Assembly (NCBI GenBank): GCA_902634795.1
Contig: CACPLK010000001.1
Location: forward strand, 28,058-92,057
Source of the DNA: an uncultured Prochlorococcus sp.
GTDB lineage: Bacteria > Cyanobacteriota > Cyanobacteriia > PCC-6307 > Cyanobiaceae
Direction of reading: 5' to 3'
DNA length: 64,000 bases
The notes under the pieces are model-generated. The model worked only from the letters and a program-made list of their open reading frames with translations. It was not told where the DNA came from and did not search any database. Numbering within the stretch: the first letter of the stretch is position 1; every line of letters starts with the position of its first letter. Below are positions 52,387 through 63,189 of the stretch, piece by piece. Position numbers and translations under genes: made by a program.

Positions 52387-53635
52387 TTAGACCACAATCT
52401 ATAATTTTCCCAAGAATTTTTATGTCTTTGATCGGTTGATTAGTTGCGGCAGTTAAATGCTTTTCTTCATTAGATTGGTACCATTCTTTGTCGGGATCAA
52501 ATAATAACCAACGGTTACTATTTAAACTTAATTTTTCTTCAGATTGGTTCAGGAATTTAGATGGACCAAAACTAATTTTCTCCCATAATTTCTCCACTTC
52601 CCATCCTGATTTTCTTACTAATTGATCCCAGAGTAGAGGTAGAACAAGGTTATAACAACTGATCCCTTTTTTCCTTTTGTTTGCAGGTAGCTTGGTCTCG
52701 GAGTCATCTGAGGGGGTGGAATGAACAGAGATTGCTGATAAAACATTATCCTCTAAACCTTTTATTAGAGAGGCTCTGTCTCTAGGGGATCCTAATGAAG
52801 GTGTTACGCTCCATCCAATATCAAAAGGAGTAAGACTTGAGTTGTCATTGACTAAATGCCACCAAAAGATAGTTGCCATTGGCTTGGTGGATGAATTTTT
52901 AAGGATTGAAACGCCCTCAGTCGTAGAAATATTCATTAACCTTAGTGCAATGTCCGGGTATTGCTTATGAAGCTCAAGTAGTTGGATCAGAGGAATAATT
53001 TCGCTTTCAATAGGGTCAGGAGGCCAGCCTGCTCTTAGAGTATCTACACTTTGTCTGGACATTCCACCAGCTTGTAGCACTTTATCTCTTGGTGCAAATA
53101 GTACGGGGGAATTTTTCATTTCTCCAATTGAGAAACCTTGCTTAAGAAGCCCTATGGGAGGCATGAAATCGTCACCACTTAAGCCGATGGCTCCATTTTG
53201 TAGTAACTCAATATGTTTCGATAGAGAAACTCCCTTCCCGCCCATGCTAAAACCTCCCCATAGGTGTATTAAAACCTCACTTTTGATACTCTTTAAAGCA
53301 ATAATCGACTCAATTTGATCTCTCCATAAATCACCTCTTGGAAGGATACCTAATTGACCATATCCAGAAAATGTTGCTTTATTTATAAGTGTATAGATAC
53401 TCTCTCCTTTACCATTAAATGGAGATTCCAAAAATGAATGAGGATCAACAAGACAAGGGGCTAAAAGCATATTTTTAGCTTTTTGAGGCTTGATTCCTAA
53501 AAGTTCTGCATTTTGAAGAGCCTTACTACCGAATGCTTTGATCACACTATCTTTGATTAAAACAGCCTCTCTCTTTAAAGATGATCCAGACTTTTCAAGG
53601 ATTTGAATATTTTCAAATAAATAACTACTAGTCAT
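52361..53635 (-). CDS. Dihydroorotase-like protein, probably catalytically inactive (PyrC'-type)
   Basis: DHOase-like layout, but HxH reads HSF (VDPHSF). Confidence 0.75.
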   Translation of the reverse strand: MTSSYLFENIQILEKSGSSLKREAVLIKDSVIKAFGSKALQNAELLGIKPQKAKNMLLAPCLVDPHSFLESPFNGKGESIYTLINKATFSGYGQLGILPRGDLWRDQIESIIALKSIKSEVLIHLWGGFSMGGKGVSLSKHIELLQNGAIGLSGDDFMPPIGLLKQGFSIGEMKNSPVLFAPRDKVLQAGGMSRQSVDTLRAGWPPDPIESEIIPLIQLLELHKQYPDIALRLMNISTTEGVSILKNSSTKPMATIFWWHLVNDNSSLTPFDIGWSVTPSLGSPRDRASLIKGLEDNVLSAISVHSTPSDDSETKLPANKRKKGISCYNLVLPLLWDQLVRKSGWEVEKLWEKISFGPSKFLNQSEEKLSLNSNRWLLFDPDKEWYQSNEEKHLTAATNQPIKDIKILGKIIDCGLINQAYQND

Positions 53636-53639
53636 TAAA

Positions 53640-54968
53640 TCAAAGCGCTCCGACAGCTGTTGAGTCGATAATTCCTCCCAAATGTGAAGTGATATTTAGA
53701 CAGGTGATTTGATCTGGTTGATCTTCTTTCTCTGAAAGGTCAATGATTGTAATACCACCATTACCTTGTTTGATCATCCAGATTTTTGATGGCATTAAAC
53801 CTAAAAGATGACAAAGAATGGTTTTGTTAACTGCATCATGAGCAACTACCAATGCAGTCTCATCATTTTTTAGATCTTTGCAAATCTCATTCCAACCAGC
53901 AATGGATCTTAGGGATACTTCTTTTATATTTTCTCCCTCTGGCATTTGAACTTTTTCAGGGGAAATCTTCCATTCGTTGAGAAGGTCTGGCCAGTCGGAT
54001 CTGATCTCAGATTCTAACTTTCCTTCCCATTTTCCGTGACCGATCTCTTTGAGGTTATCTTTAAGAGAAATCTCGATCCCCGGATGTTCGTTTAGAATTA
54101 TTTTAGCTGTCTCTTTTGGTCTTGAGAGAGAACTACTAAATGCTTTTTGTATAAGATTATTTTTTAAAAATTCACTTGCAGCCTTAGCTTGGGCTTTCCC
54201 ATTTGTATTTAAGGGTATATCAATTTGTCCTTGAAACCTTCCCTGTTTATTCCAATCTGTTTCACCATGCCTGACTAAAATAATTCTTTTTTTACTACCT
54301 TTTTTGGGAATACTAGGATATAAATGAGCGACATTATTGAGACATTGAATTTGGACTTGCCTATCTTCCCAATTATTAAAAGCAATATTACAAATTGAGA
54401 TTGAGGCGTTGTCTAACTTTAATCTTCTAAACCCTTTTGATGGCTCATTAATTAATTTTAGTATCAAGCATCTAAGAATTGCATTATGGGCAACTATCAA
54501 AATAGTTTCATTAGAGCCTGCATGAGAAGTAAACAAAGATTTTAAGAAATTTTCAGCTTGATATAAAAGTTCTTTAATTGGTTGAAAATTTGTACCATTG
54601 TCTTTTTTAATGGTTAGTTCTTTTGGCTCTTTTTGCCAAATAGCAAGCTCTTGTGGAAAGTTACTTTCTATTTCATTTTTTGTTAAACCACTCCAAGGCC
54701 CAAGGTCAACCTCCAAAAGCTCATCAGTATAAATTGCTTTAAGGTCGTTTTGATGTTGTTTGATAATGATTTTTGTGGTTTCTGAGGCTCGTTGCAAAGG
54801 GGAACTATAAATTGCATTTATTGGAATAGAAGAGATTGTTTTTCCAGCCGCTTCAGCTTGTAATTGTCCTTCTTTAGTTAATGTTGAAAGGTCGTTTCTT
54901 CCTTGAATACGACCTTCCTTGTTAAAACTACTCAATCCATGACGGACAAAAATTAGACGCAATGTCAT
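53640..54968 (-). CDS. Tandem-domain histidine phosphatase (phosphoglycerate mutase family)
   Basis: Two RHG motifs (VRHGLS, VRHGET), each with S.L.R and VAH. Confidence 0.88.
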   Translation of the reverse strand: MTLRLIFVRHGLSSFNKEGRIQGRNDLSTLTKEGQLQAEAAGKTISSIPINAIYSSPLQRASETTKIIIKQHQNDLKAIYTDELLEVDLGPWSGLTKNEIESNFPQELAIWQKEPKELTIKKDNGTNFQPIKELLYQAENFLKSLFTSHAGSNETILIVAHNAILRCLILKLINEPSKGFRRLKLDNASISICNIAFNNWEDRQVQIQCLNNVAHLYPSIPKKGSKKRIILVRHGETDWNKQGRFQGQIDIPLNTNGKAQAKAASEFLKNNLIQKAFSSSLSRPKETAKIILNEHPGIEISLKDNLKEIGHGKWEGKLESEIRSDWPDLLNEWKISPEKVQMPEGENIKEVSLRSIAGWNEICKDLKNDETALVVAHDAVNKTILCHLLGLMPSKIWMIKQGNGGITIIDLSEKEDQPDQITCLNITSHLGGIIDSTAVGAL

Positions 54969-55077
54969 TAAATAAAGTGTCTTCTAAATAATTATGGTAT
55001 TAGCCATGAGGGCAATCTAATGTTCTTTTAGTAAAGATAGAAGTCTTTCTCCATGTCAGTGTTAACAAGTTGATTTT

Positions 55078-56424
55078 ATGAGACAAGCCAAAACGGGTTG
55101 GAAATGTGCTATTGCTCTATTTTCATTGATTTTAACTGGTCTGATATGGGTCCAAGGTTTGCAAGAAAGCTTTGCACGACCCTCTGTAGCCCCAAAGATT
55201 TCATTGATGCAAGCTGAGATGGCGGTTTCAGCTTCTTCCTCCATACCTGAAGCAATAAAAGATGTATTTTTAGGATCAGCACCTCAAGAAAAACTATATC
55301 AAGCTCTTAAAAAGATTCCTTTGGAACAACTTGAGGATAGACAGAGACTGTTACTAGCAGTTCTGGAAGAGCAAGAGGATAAGCAAGAATTATTCTTGAA
55401 GAAAAATTTTAAGGATAAAAACTTTGAAACGGTTAGAAGCTATTTATTAGATAGACAAGAAGTTAAGGAACTAAATGAATTTCCTGATATTAATGAGATT
55501 AAATTAGACCCTTTCCTGTATCAAATTTCATGCACTACTATAGGATTTACGGATGAAAAGTGTATTAATAATAAATATAATTTCCTTTCTGCTATAAGAC
55601 TTTTAACCTCTCAACTATTGCCATTTCTTGCTTCAATTATCGGTAGTATATTATTGATTAGGTATGCTTTTATTTTCTTAGGAAAGAAAAATTCTCCATG
55701 GCCGGAAATGATCGCTCCTCCCTTATCTATGATAGATATGGTTCTACTTATTTCAGGTGGTTTTGTTGTTATTGGTGAAGTCGTGTTTCCCGCCCTAATA
55801 ATACCAATAAATGATTTATTGTTTAATAATTTATCCTCTCCATTAAAAGAGTCTCTAAGAGTATTTTTTGGCTACTGTTCAATGACTATAGCTCCTTTAT
55901 TTATAATTAGATATCAATTAATGGGTTTAGTTTCTTCGGAAGTTGATGGAGGATGGTTGCAATGGAAAATCAAACCAATCAAAGAGGGCTTTTTAAAATC
56001 AATAAGTGGATGGTTAATGATTATGCCTTTAGTGCTGCTTATTGGGTGGTTAATGAATGAAATTATCGGTGACCAGGGTGGAAGCAATCCATTATTGGAA
56101 ATGGTTTTAGGTAGCGATGAATTTGTTCCATTGTTTTTGCTTTTGATTACAACTGTTGTTTTGGCTCCATTTTTTGAGGAGTTAGTTTTTAGAGGTATCC
56201 TTTTACCTGTATTGGTATCAAAAGTTGGCAAAATTAGCGGAGTTCTATTAAGTGCCTTGATCTTTGCTTTGGCTCATTTAAGTGTAGGGGAATTGCCGCC
56301 TCTTTTTGTTTTGGGAATTGGTCTTGGTTTAATGAGATTGAGTTCAGGAAGGTTATTTCCTTGTGCTCTTATGCATTCTCTATGGAATGGAGTGACTTTT
56401 ATTAGCCTGCTATTAGTAGCTTGA
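55078..56424 (+). CDS. CPBP (CAAX/Abi) family intramembrane metalloprotease
   Basis: APFFEELVFRG, FALAH, HSLWN. Confidence 0.88.
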   Translation: MRQAKTGWKCAIALFSLILTGLIWVQGLQESFARPSVAPKISLMQAEMAVSASSSIPEAIKDVFLGSAPQEKLYQALKKIPLEQLEDRQRLLLAVLEEQEDKQELFLKKNFKDKNFETVRSYLLDRQEVKELNEFPDINEIKLDPFLYQISCTTIGFTDEKCINNKYNFLSAIRLLTSQLLPFLASIIGSILLIRYAFIFLGKKNSPWPEMIAPPLSMIDMVLLISGGFVVIGEVVFPALIIPINDLLFNNLSSPLKESLRVFFGYCSMTIAPLFIIRYQLMGLVSSEVDGGWLQWKIKPIKEGFLKSISGWLMIMPLVLLIGWLMNEIIGDQGGSNPLLEMVLGSDEFVPLFLLLITTVVLAPFFEELVFRGILLPVLVSKVGKISGVLLSALIFALAHLSVGELPPLFVLGIGLGLMRLSSGRLFPCALMHSLWNGVTFISLLLVA

Positions 56425-56509
56425 TATTAAATAAAAAAAAACATCAGTATCCCAGCTCTTGCAGTTGCTTGGTCAAGGTGTTTGACTTGAATTACTTTCG
56501 AATTTTGAT

Positions 56510-56974
56510 TTGGTTAGTCGCACTCTATATAAACAAAAAGTAGGACAATTTCAAAAAAAGAAGTTGTCCAAGGAATTGTTAAACAGTGTTTTCTCATCAA
56601 AACAGGTTCAACGAAAATTTCCAATTCAAGCTGCTCTTCATATCGTCTTAGATGGTGCATTGGTAGGCATTCTCACGATAGTAGTGATAATGTCATCCGT
56701 TGCTTTGCACTCTCAATATTTGTGGACTAAGTCTTTTACTAAACTTGAAACCATAAGAGACTTGAACCGAAGGATATTGGAATCAACTTCAATTCTTGAA
56801 AGTTATCTATTGAAAAATAAAAAGTTGTCTAGATATTTAGTTCCTACTAAAGCGGAAGATCTTTTATATGTGAATAGACCAAAACCAGAAGAAACTAAGA
56901 AATTATTCGAAATGACATTTAAAAGTAGATTGCTAAAGAAAATATCTTCTTTTCCTATTAAGTCAGGTTATTAA
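56510..56974 (+). CDS. Bitopic membrane protein upstream of ftsI (candidate FtsL-like)
   Basis: Basic N-terminus, one TM, heptad helix; ends 8 nt before ftsI. Confidence 0.6.
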   Translation: MVSRTLYKQKVGQFQKKKLSKELLNSVFSSKQVQRKFPIQAALHIVLDGALVGILTIVVIMSSVALHSQYLWTKSFTKLETIRDLNRRILESTSILESYLLKNKKLSRYLVPTKAEDLLYVNRPKPEETKKLFEMTFKSRLLKKISSFPIKSGY

Positions 56975-56982
56975 TAATTTCC

Positions 56983-58779
56983 ATGAGAAGTATTAATTAT
57001 AGAAAGAAGAGAAAGTCTTTTAAAGTAAAAACTCTTTCACCCCTATCTCACTATAGATTTAGAATTGTCTTTGTATTATTATGTCTGGGACTTGGGGGCC
57101 TTTCTTTAAGAGTGGGTTGGCTTCAACTATTTCAGTCTGATCAATTAAGAGCTCAAGCACGCGAGGTTCAAACAGAACAAAAGAATCCGTTGGGTACACG
57201 TCGATCAATCTTAGATAGAAATGGAAAGCTTGTCGCAATAGATGAGAAACGTTTTAAAATTTGGGCACACCCTAGATATTTTAAGTTTCCTGGCGATTCA
57301 TTTGGGACACTGCGTAAACCAGTCGAAGTAGCAAAACTCCTTTCTACGCCACTATCTCAAAGTGTTGATGAGATATTAAACAAATTAAGTAATTATTCTT
57401 CAGGGGTAAAACTTGCAGAGGGGATAACAACCGAGAATGCTAATAAAATTAAGAAACTTGGAATTAGTGGTATTGATTTGGAGGTGTATCCTCAAAGGCT
57501 TTATCCTCATGGATCACTTTTTGCAAATGTAGTTGGTTTTTTAGATTTAGATAGACGACCTCAGGCTGGATTGGAATTGAGTTTAGATAGAGATCTCAAG
57601 CGTCTAGAGAAAACAAGTTTAATCAGAAGAGGAGCTGATGGAACACCCTTACCTATAGGTGTTCAACGTGGTGTCTTCGATGAGGATCAACTAAGTCTCC
57701 AACTTACTTTAGATGTAAGGCTTCAAGAAGTAGCCGTTAAAGAAATAGGTAGGCAAGTAAAGAAGTGGAATGCAAAAAAAGGTGTGGTAATCGTAATGGA
57801 TATACATACAGGAGAACTTCTAGCATTGGCTTCTACTCCAACTTATGATCCTAATAAATATTGGGATTATTCTCCATCTCTTTTTAAAGAGTGGTCAGTG
57901 CAAGAATTATTTGAACCTGGTTCTACCTTTAAGCCAATTAATTTGGCATTGGCATTGGAGGAGGGGGTTATAAGCCCTAACGGAGAAGTTAATGATGATG
58001 GTCTAGTTACAGTAGGAGGGTGGCCTCTCTCGAATTGGGATCGAAAGCCTAACGGGATTTTGTCTTTCCCTGAGGTATTACAAGTTTCAAGCAATGTAGG
58101 TATGGTTAAGATTATGAATAAATTGAATGCGAGTAATTACTGGCAATGGTTAAGGCAATTAGGCATAGATGAAATCCCGGAAACGGATCTTCCAGGAGCA
58201 GTCTCTGGGCAAATAAAATCAAAGCAGACTTTTGTAAATCAACCGATAGAACCTGCGGTAGCCTCCTTTGGTCAAGGCTTTTCTATTACTCCGCTTAAAT
58301 TAGCTCAATTACATGCTTTGATTGCAAATGGTGGCAGACTCGTAACGCCTCATATTACTAAAGGTCTTAAAGGTGATTATGAGTCGTATTTCAATACCCC
58401 TTCAGAATCTAAGCAGATTTTATCTCCTGAGGTTACAAATACTGTTCTTGGATGGATGGAAACTGTTGTGTCTTTTTACGATAAAAGTGGTATTGAGGTA
58501 AATGTTCCTGGCTATCGGATTGGAGGGAAAACAGGGACGGCGCAAAAATCGCAGGATGGCTTTAACTATAATTCTAAAATCTGCAGTTTTGTTGCAAGTC
58601 TTCCTATCGATGATCCTCGCTATGTCGTTTTAGCAGTTATTGATGAACCCCAAAAGCCAAATGCCTATGGATCAACTGTGGCTCTACCTGTGGCAAAAAA
58701 AATTATTGAGACTTTGCTTGTGATAGAAAAAATCCCTCCAAGTATTTCTAAAAAAGAACATTTAGCTATAAAAAGCTAA
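56983..58779 (+). CDS. ftsI: Class B penicillin-binding protein (FtsI/PBP3)
   Basis: R..I.DRNG, GLE, STFK (SxxK), SSN (SxN), KTGT. Confidence 0.9.
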   Translation: MRSINYRKKRKSFKVKTLSPLSHYRFRIVFVLLCLGLGGLSLRVGWLQLFQSDQLRAQAREVQTEQKNPLGTRRSILDRNGKLVAIDEKRFKIWAHPRYFKFPGDSFGTLRKPVEVAKLLSTPLSQSVDEILNKLSNYSSGVKLAEGITTENANKIKKLGISGIDLEVYPQRLYPHGSLFANVVGFLDLDRRPQAGLELSLDRDLKRLEKTSLIRRGADGTPLPIGVQRGVFDEDQLSLQLTLDVRLQEVAVKEIGRQVKKWNAKKGVVIVMDIHTGELLALASTPTYDPNKYWDYSPSLFKEWSVQELFEPGSTFKPINLALALEEGVISPNGEVNDDGLVTVGGWPLSNWDRKPNGILSFPEVLQVSSNVGMVKIMNKLNASNYWQWLRQLGIDEIPETDLPGAVSGQIKSKQTFVNQPIEPAVASFGQGFSITPLKLAQLHALIANGGRLVTPHITKGLKGDYESYFNTPSESKQILSPEVTNTVLGWMETVVSFYDKSGIEVNVPGYRIGGKTGTAQKSQDGFNYNSKICSFVASLPIDDPRYVVLAVIDEPQKPNAYGSTVALPVAKKIIETLLVIEKIPPSISKKEHLAIKS

Positions 58780-58871
58780 GAGATGGCTAAATTTTCCCAA
58801 AAGTAGTAATTAAAGGGTGAAATCTATAAAAAATATAGCTAGTCTGTAACTCATGAAAGACGTTTTTTATT

Positions 58872-59870
58872 ATGGAATCCCTTCTTAATCAGTTATCTTC
58901 AATGACTGTAGTAGTGGCTGATACAGGTGATCTTGAAGCGATCAAAAAATTTCATCCCAGAGACGCTACAACAAATCCTTCTTTGATTCTGGCCGCAGCA
59001 CAAATACCTGCTTATCAAAGTTTGATTGATAAAGCACTCAATACTTCTAGAGAAATGCTAGGAACCAATGCCTCAAATACTAGTGTTGTTAAAGAAGCTT
59101 TGGATGAACTGTGTGTTGTTTTTGGTAAAGAGATTTTAAAAATAATTCCTGGTCGAGTTTCTACAGAGGTTGATGCAAGACTAAGTTTTGATACTGATGC
59201 CACTATTGCAAAAGCAAGAAAAATTATTGCTAAATATAATCAAGATGGCATCTCTAACGATCGGGTTTTAATCAAAATTGCTTCTACTTGGGAAGGGATA
59301 AAAGCTGCTGAGGTACTAGAAAAAGAGAATATACATTGCAACCTGACTTTGTTGTTTAATTTTTATCAAGCAGTTGCTTGCGCTGAGGCAAGCGTAACGC
59401 TTATTTCCCCTTTCGTGGGAAGGATTTTGGATTGGTATAAGTCTGCTACAGGAAGAGATTCTTATCCAGCAATTGAAGATCCAGGGGTCGTTTCTGTTAC
59501 TAAAATATTTAATTATTTCAAGTCAAATGGTTATAAGACAGAAGTCATGGGAGCAAGTTTCAGGAATATAGAGGAAATAACTGAGCTTGCAGGATGTGAT
59601 TTATTAACGATTTCCCCTAAATTATTGCAGCAACTTAATGAAACCTATTCGGACTTGCCAATTAAGTTAAACGCACAAAAACCTTTAGTCATTGATGAGA
59701 CAATTCATTTAGATCAAACATCTTTTGAACTAATGATGGCCGGAGATAAAATGGCTACGGAAAAACTTAATGAAGGAATTAGCGGTTTCAGTAAAGCAAT
59801 TGATAAATTAGAAAATCAATTGAACGAAAGACTTGAGTTAATTGAAGGAGGAATTGCTCTTACTCTTTGA
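58872..59870 (+). CDS. tal: Transaldolase
   Basis: [37 protein letters not shown]. Confidence 0.96.
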   Translation: MESLLNQLSSMTVVVADTGDLEAIKKFHPRDATTNPSLILAAAQIPAYQSLIDKALNTSREMLGTNASNTSVVKEALDELCVVFGKEILKIIPGRVSTEVDARLSFDTDATIAKARKIIAKYNQDGISNDRVLIKIASTWEGIKAAEVLEKENIHCNLTLLFNFYQAVACAEASVTLISPFVGRILDWYKSATGRDSYPAIEDPGVVSVTKIFNYFKSNGYKTEVMGASFRNIEEITELAGCDLLTISPKLLQQLNETYSDLPIKLNAQKPLVIDETIHLDQTSFELMMAGDKMATEKLNEGISGFSKAIDKLENQLNERLELIEGGIALTL

Positions 59871-61004
59871 GATTTGATTTTGAAAGAGTAATCTCTTGAT
59901 TACTCTTTTTGCAATGTCTTCATAACTCATCTCACCTGAAAGAATTTGTGCAATTCTCTTTGGAGCAGTATGTCTTTTGACACCTAATTGATATCCAACT
60001 TTTGGAAAACGATAAAAAACTTGAGAAATTCTTTTACCCCAAGCCATCGAATTCCCCCATTTTTTTTGAATTGTTTTTGTGTATCCATCTAAACAACTGA
60101 CTTCTCCATCTAACCAATAAATAAGGCTTTTTGCAGCTTCAAATCCACTCATCAAAGCGGGTCTTAATCCTTCCGCTAAAAATGGATCACACAATGAGGC
60201 AGCATCACCAACTAGAAGAACTCCTTCTCCGTTTAAGTTGCTGTGGCCATTCCATATTCTTAATTTTTTTTCATGACCAATTACTTCAGAAGGGTCAAAA
60301 CCCAGATCAGGAAGAAATGATTTAAGTATTTCATTAACTGGAATTGAATTCTTATTATCTAGAAAAGTTCCCATCCCAATATTTACTCCATTTTTTAATG
60401 GAAATGCCCATGCAAACCCATTTTTTACTAGGCCAAATTCAAATCTAGCAGTTTCACTTTCTAAATTTCCCCTCCTTTTAATTCTTCCTGAGAAAGTGGA
60501 GGCAAATTTTTGTTGATTTGGACCTAAATTAAAAGTTCTAGGCCATGGTGATTGAGAACCATCAGCAATGACGACTGCTCTTGCCTCTATTTGTCTCCCA
60601 TCAAGAGCGGTTATATGCCATATATTAAATATTTTTTTTATATCAACTACATCAAATGTAGTCAATAAATTACAACCAGAATTTATTGCTTGATCTAATA
60701 AGAATGAATCAAGTTTTTCACGCTTAAATATCCAAAAAGGAGAAGAGCCAGAGAGCTCCGCGACCACTTTGTCGCTATTGAACCAACTAAACTCTACATT
60801 TGTTATTACTTCATCAACTATGGGCAAAAGTTTAAAAGGAAACCAATTTTGTACTGCAGCAGACATTCCACCCCCGCAGATTCTCTCTGCAGAGGAAATA
60901 TTTTTTTCAAGAATACATACCTTTTTACTTTTACTAGCCAGATGAAATGCGGTAGTAGTGCCTGATGCTCCCCCTCCAATAATGGCAACATCTATGAGGG
61001 TCAA
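59838..61004 (-). CDS. Geranylgeranyl reductase-family FAD-dependent oxidoreductase
   Basis: [25 protein letters not shown]...DPF.AEG. Confidence 0.82.
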   Translation of the reverse strand: MTLIDVAIIGGGASGTTTAFHLASKSKKVCILEKNISSAERICGGGMSAAVQNWFPFKLLPIVDEVITNVEFSWFNSDKVVAELSGSSPFWIFKREKLDSFLLDQAINSGCNLLTTFDVVDIKKIFNIWHITALDGRQIEARAVVIADGSQSPWPRTFNLGPNQQKFASTFSGRIKRRGNLESETARFEFGLVKNGFAWAFPLKNGVNIGMGTFLDNKNSIPVNEILKSFLPDLGFDPSEVIGHEKKLRIWNGHSNLNGEGVLLVGDAASLCDPFLAEGLRPALMSGFEAAKSLIYWLDGEVSCLDGYTKTIQKKWGNSMAWGKRISQVFYRFPKVGYQLGVKRHTAPKRIAQILSGEMSYEDIAKRVIKRLLFQNQISKSKSNSSFN

Positions 61005-61549
61005 ACTTTTAAAATCTCAGCTTCTTTTTCTGAAAGCTTTTTTTCAATATCTTTAATGAAATTGTCCGTCTCTTTCTGAATTGTTTCTTGTTCATCTCTG
61101 CTTTGATCTTCTGAAAGATCACCATCTTTCTCAGATTTTTTGACTCTCTCTATTGCATCACGGCGTATATTCCTTAGTGCAACTTTTCCTTCCTCTGCAT
61201 ATTTGGATGCGAGTTTGCAAAATTCTTTTCTTCGCTCTTCAGTCAAAGGAGGAACATTGATACGAATTATTTTACCATCGTTGTTTGGAGTAAAACCTAG
61301 ATCACTTGTAGCAATCGCTTTCTCAATGGAAGCTAATGAGCCCAAGTCGAAGGGTTGAATTGCTATCGTTTGAGAGTCAGGAGTAGTGATAGTTGCAAGT
61401 GACTTTAGTGGAGTGTCAGCTCCGTAGTATTCGACTGATATTCTGTCTAATAAAGACGTATTTGCTCGTCCCGTTCTGATGGTATTGAAATTCCTCTGAG
61501 CTGCTTCAACAGACTTGCTCATTGTGTTTTTTAGCTCTTGGTTTGACAT
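61001..61549 (-). CDS. frr: Ribosome recycling factor
   Basis: [29 protein letters not shown]. Confidence 0.97.
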   Translation of the reverse strand: MSNQELKNTMSKSVEAAQRNFNTIRTGRANTSLLDRISVEYYGADTPLKSLATITTPDSQTIAIQPFDLGSLASIEKAIATSDLGFTPNNDGKIIRINVPPLTEERRKEFCKLASKYAEEGKVALRNIRRDAIERVKKSEKDGDLSEDQSRDEQETIQKETDNFIKDIEKKLSEKEAEILKV

Positions 61550-61600
61550 TTAGATAAAGTTATTGCGAATTGATTATTAAAAAGGTTCAAAAATATAGTT

Positions 61601-62314
61601 TTAACTCGAATTAGATATTCTTGATCCAATTGGTTCGCCAGAAATTGCCTTGGCAATATTTCCAGGTTGAAAAATATTAAAAACAACTATAGGGATTTTA
61701 TTATCTTTGCAAAGAGCAATAGCAGTGCTATCCATTACTCCTATTTCGTTGGCCAATACATCTTGAAAGGTGAGATTTTCATATTTGACAGCATCAGAAA
61801 ATTTTTTTGGATCTCGATTGTAAACCCCATCAACTTTCGTGGCTTTGAAGACAACTTCTGCGTTAATTTCGGCGGCCCTGAGAGCAGCAGTGGTATCAGT
61901 TGTAAAAAATGGATTGCCGCACCCACCTCCAAAAACTACTACCCTTCCCTTCTCTAGATGTCTTATTGCTCTTCTTCTTATATATGGTTCTGCAATCTGT
62001 TGCATGTCAATAGCAGATTGAACTCTTGTAGGTACGCCAGCTCTTTCTAATCCATCTTGAAGTGTGATTGCATTCATTACGGTTGCAAGCATTCCTACAT
62101 AGTCAGCAGTGGCTCTGTCCATGCCTGCAGCGGATCCTTTTAGACCTCTAAAAATATTTCCACCGCCAACCACAATTGCTATTTGCGTGCCATTTTCAAC
62201 CACTTTTGAAACATCCTTGGCTATGGATTGAACAATTTCAGGATCAATTCCATAAGGTTTTTCCCCCATAAGAGCTTCACCACTGAGTTTTATAAGTGCT
62301 CTAGAGTATGTCAT
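61601..62314 (-). CDS. pyrH: UMP kinase
   Basis: [36 protein letters not shown]; start ATG 62314 preferred. Confidence 0.97.
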   Translation of the reverse strand: MTYSRALIKLSGEALMGEKPYGIDPEIVQSIAKDVSKVVENGTQIAIVVGGGNIFRGLKGSAAGMDRATADYVGMLATVMNAITLQDGLERAGVPTRVQSAIDMQQIAEPYIRRRAIRHLEKGRVVVFGGGCGNPFFTTDTTAALRAAEINAEVVFKATKVDGVYNRDPKKFSDAVKYENLTFQDVLANEIGVMDSTAIALCKDNKIPIVVFNIFQPGNIAKAISGEPIGSRISNSS

Positions 62315-62411
62315 TAAAAATTCATAACAAATTGACAGTAGCAAGTCCTGGGAGAACTTCTTTATCTCTGTATTGGATCCCTTGCGATGGAAATATTTTC
62401 AAGATTAAAGA

Positions 62412-63104
62412 TTAATATTCAATTCCTTCTTGTGCTTTTACTCCCTGCTCTCTAAAGGGATGGTGGATTAATTTCATTTCTGTCACAAGATCAGCTGATT
62501 CGATTAATTTTTCTGAAGCTCCTCTTCCAGTCAAGACAACATGTGTAAGCTCGGGACGCAAAGTTATGCCATTTATAATTTCATCTTCATCTATATATCC
62601 AAGTTTTATTGCAACAATGATCTCGTCTAAAATTATAAGTTTGTAATTTGGATCTTTAATGTAAGAGAGCGCCTTTCTCCAACTTGACTTGACTAGATTT
62701 ATATCTTTATTCCTATCTTGTGTTTCCCATGTGAACCCTTCCCCACATGCATGAAATTTTAACTTGTCCCCAAATATTTTCAAAGCTAATGACTCGCCTG
62801 GCTCCCATCCACCTTTGATAAATTGAATTATTGCAACTTTGTGATTATGACCAATAGTTCTTAATCCCATCCCAAGAGCTGCTGTAGTTTTTCCTTTCCC
62901 TTGGCCCGTATTAATTATTATTAGACCTTTTTCTTTATTTCTTTCTTTTAACCGTTGTGTTTGAACTTCTTTCCTCCTTTGCATCCTTTCTCGATATTTT
63001 TCTTCAGTAATATTTGGTATTGAATTACCACCCATTCCTATTTTTTCTGCATTCTTATCTAGCTTATTTAGTCTTGAATCTTCTTTAGAAATGTTATTTT
63101 TCAT
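62412..63104 (-). CDS. cobO: Cob(I)yrinic acid a,c-diamide adenosyltransferase
   Basis: TGQGKGKTTAA, QFIKG, GEGFTW, LDE, TGR, ADLVTEM, H.F..G.KAQ.GIEY. Confidence 0.95.
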   Translation of the reverse strand: MKNNISKEDSRLNKLDKNAEKIGMGGNSIPNITEEKYRERMQRRKEVQTQRLKERNKEKGLIIINTGQGKGKTTAALGMGLRTIGHNHKVAIIQFIKGGWEPGESLALKIFGDKLKFHACGEGFTWETQDRNKDINLVKSSWRKALSYIKDPNYKLIILDEIIVAIKLGYIDEDEIINGITLRPELTHVVLTGRGASEKLIESADLVTEMKLIHHPFREQGVKAQEGIEY

Positions 63105-63189
63105 TTCCTTTGCTTTAATTATATATATAAATTAATAAAAGAAAAATTCATAGAAATGATATGGATGGAAATATTAATTATTCTTCTTG

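Noticed and set aside
55078-56424. CAAX/Abi protease as an abortive-infection defence gene
   Set aside because: The Abi label of the CPBP family is historical; context is core (histidine phosphatase, ftsI) with no defence neighbours
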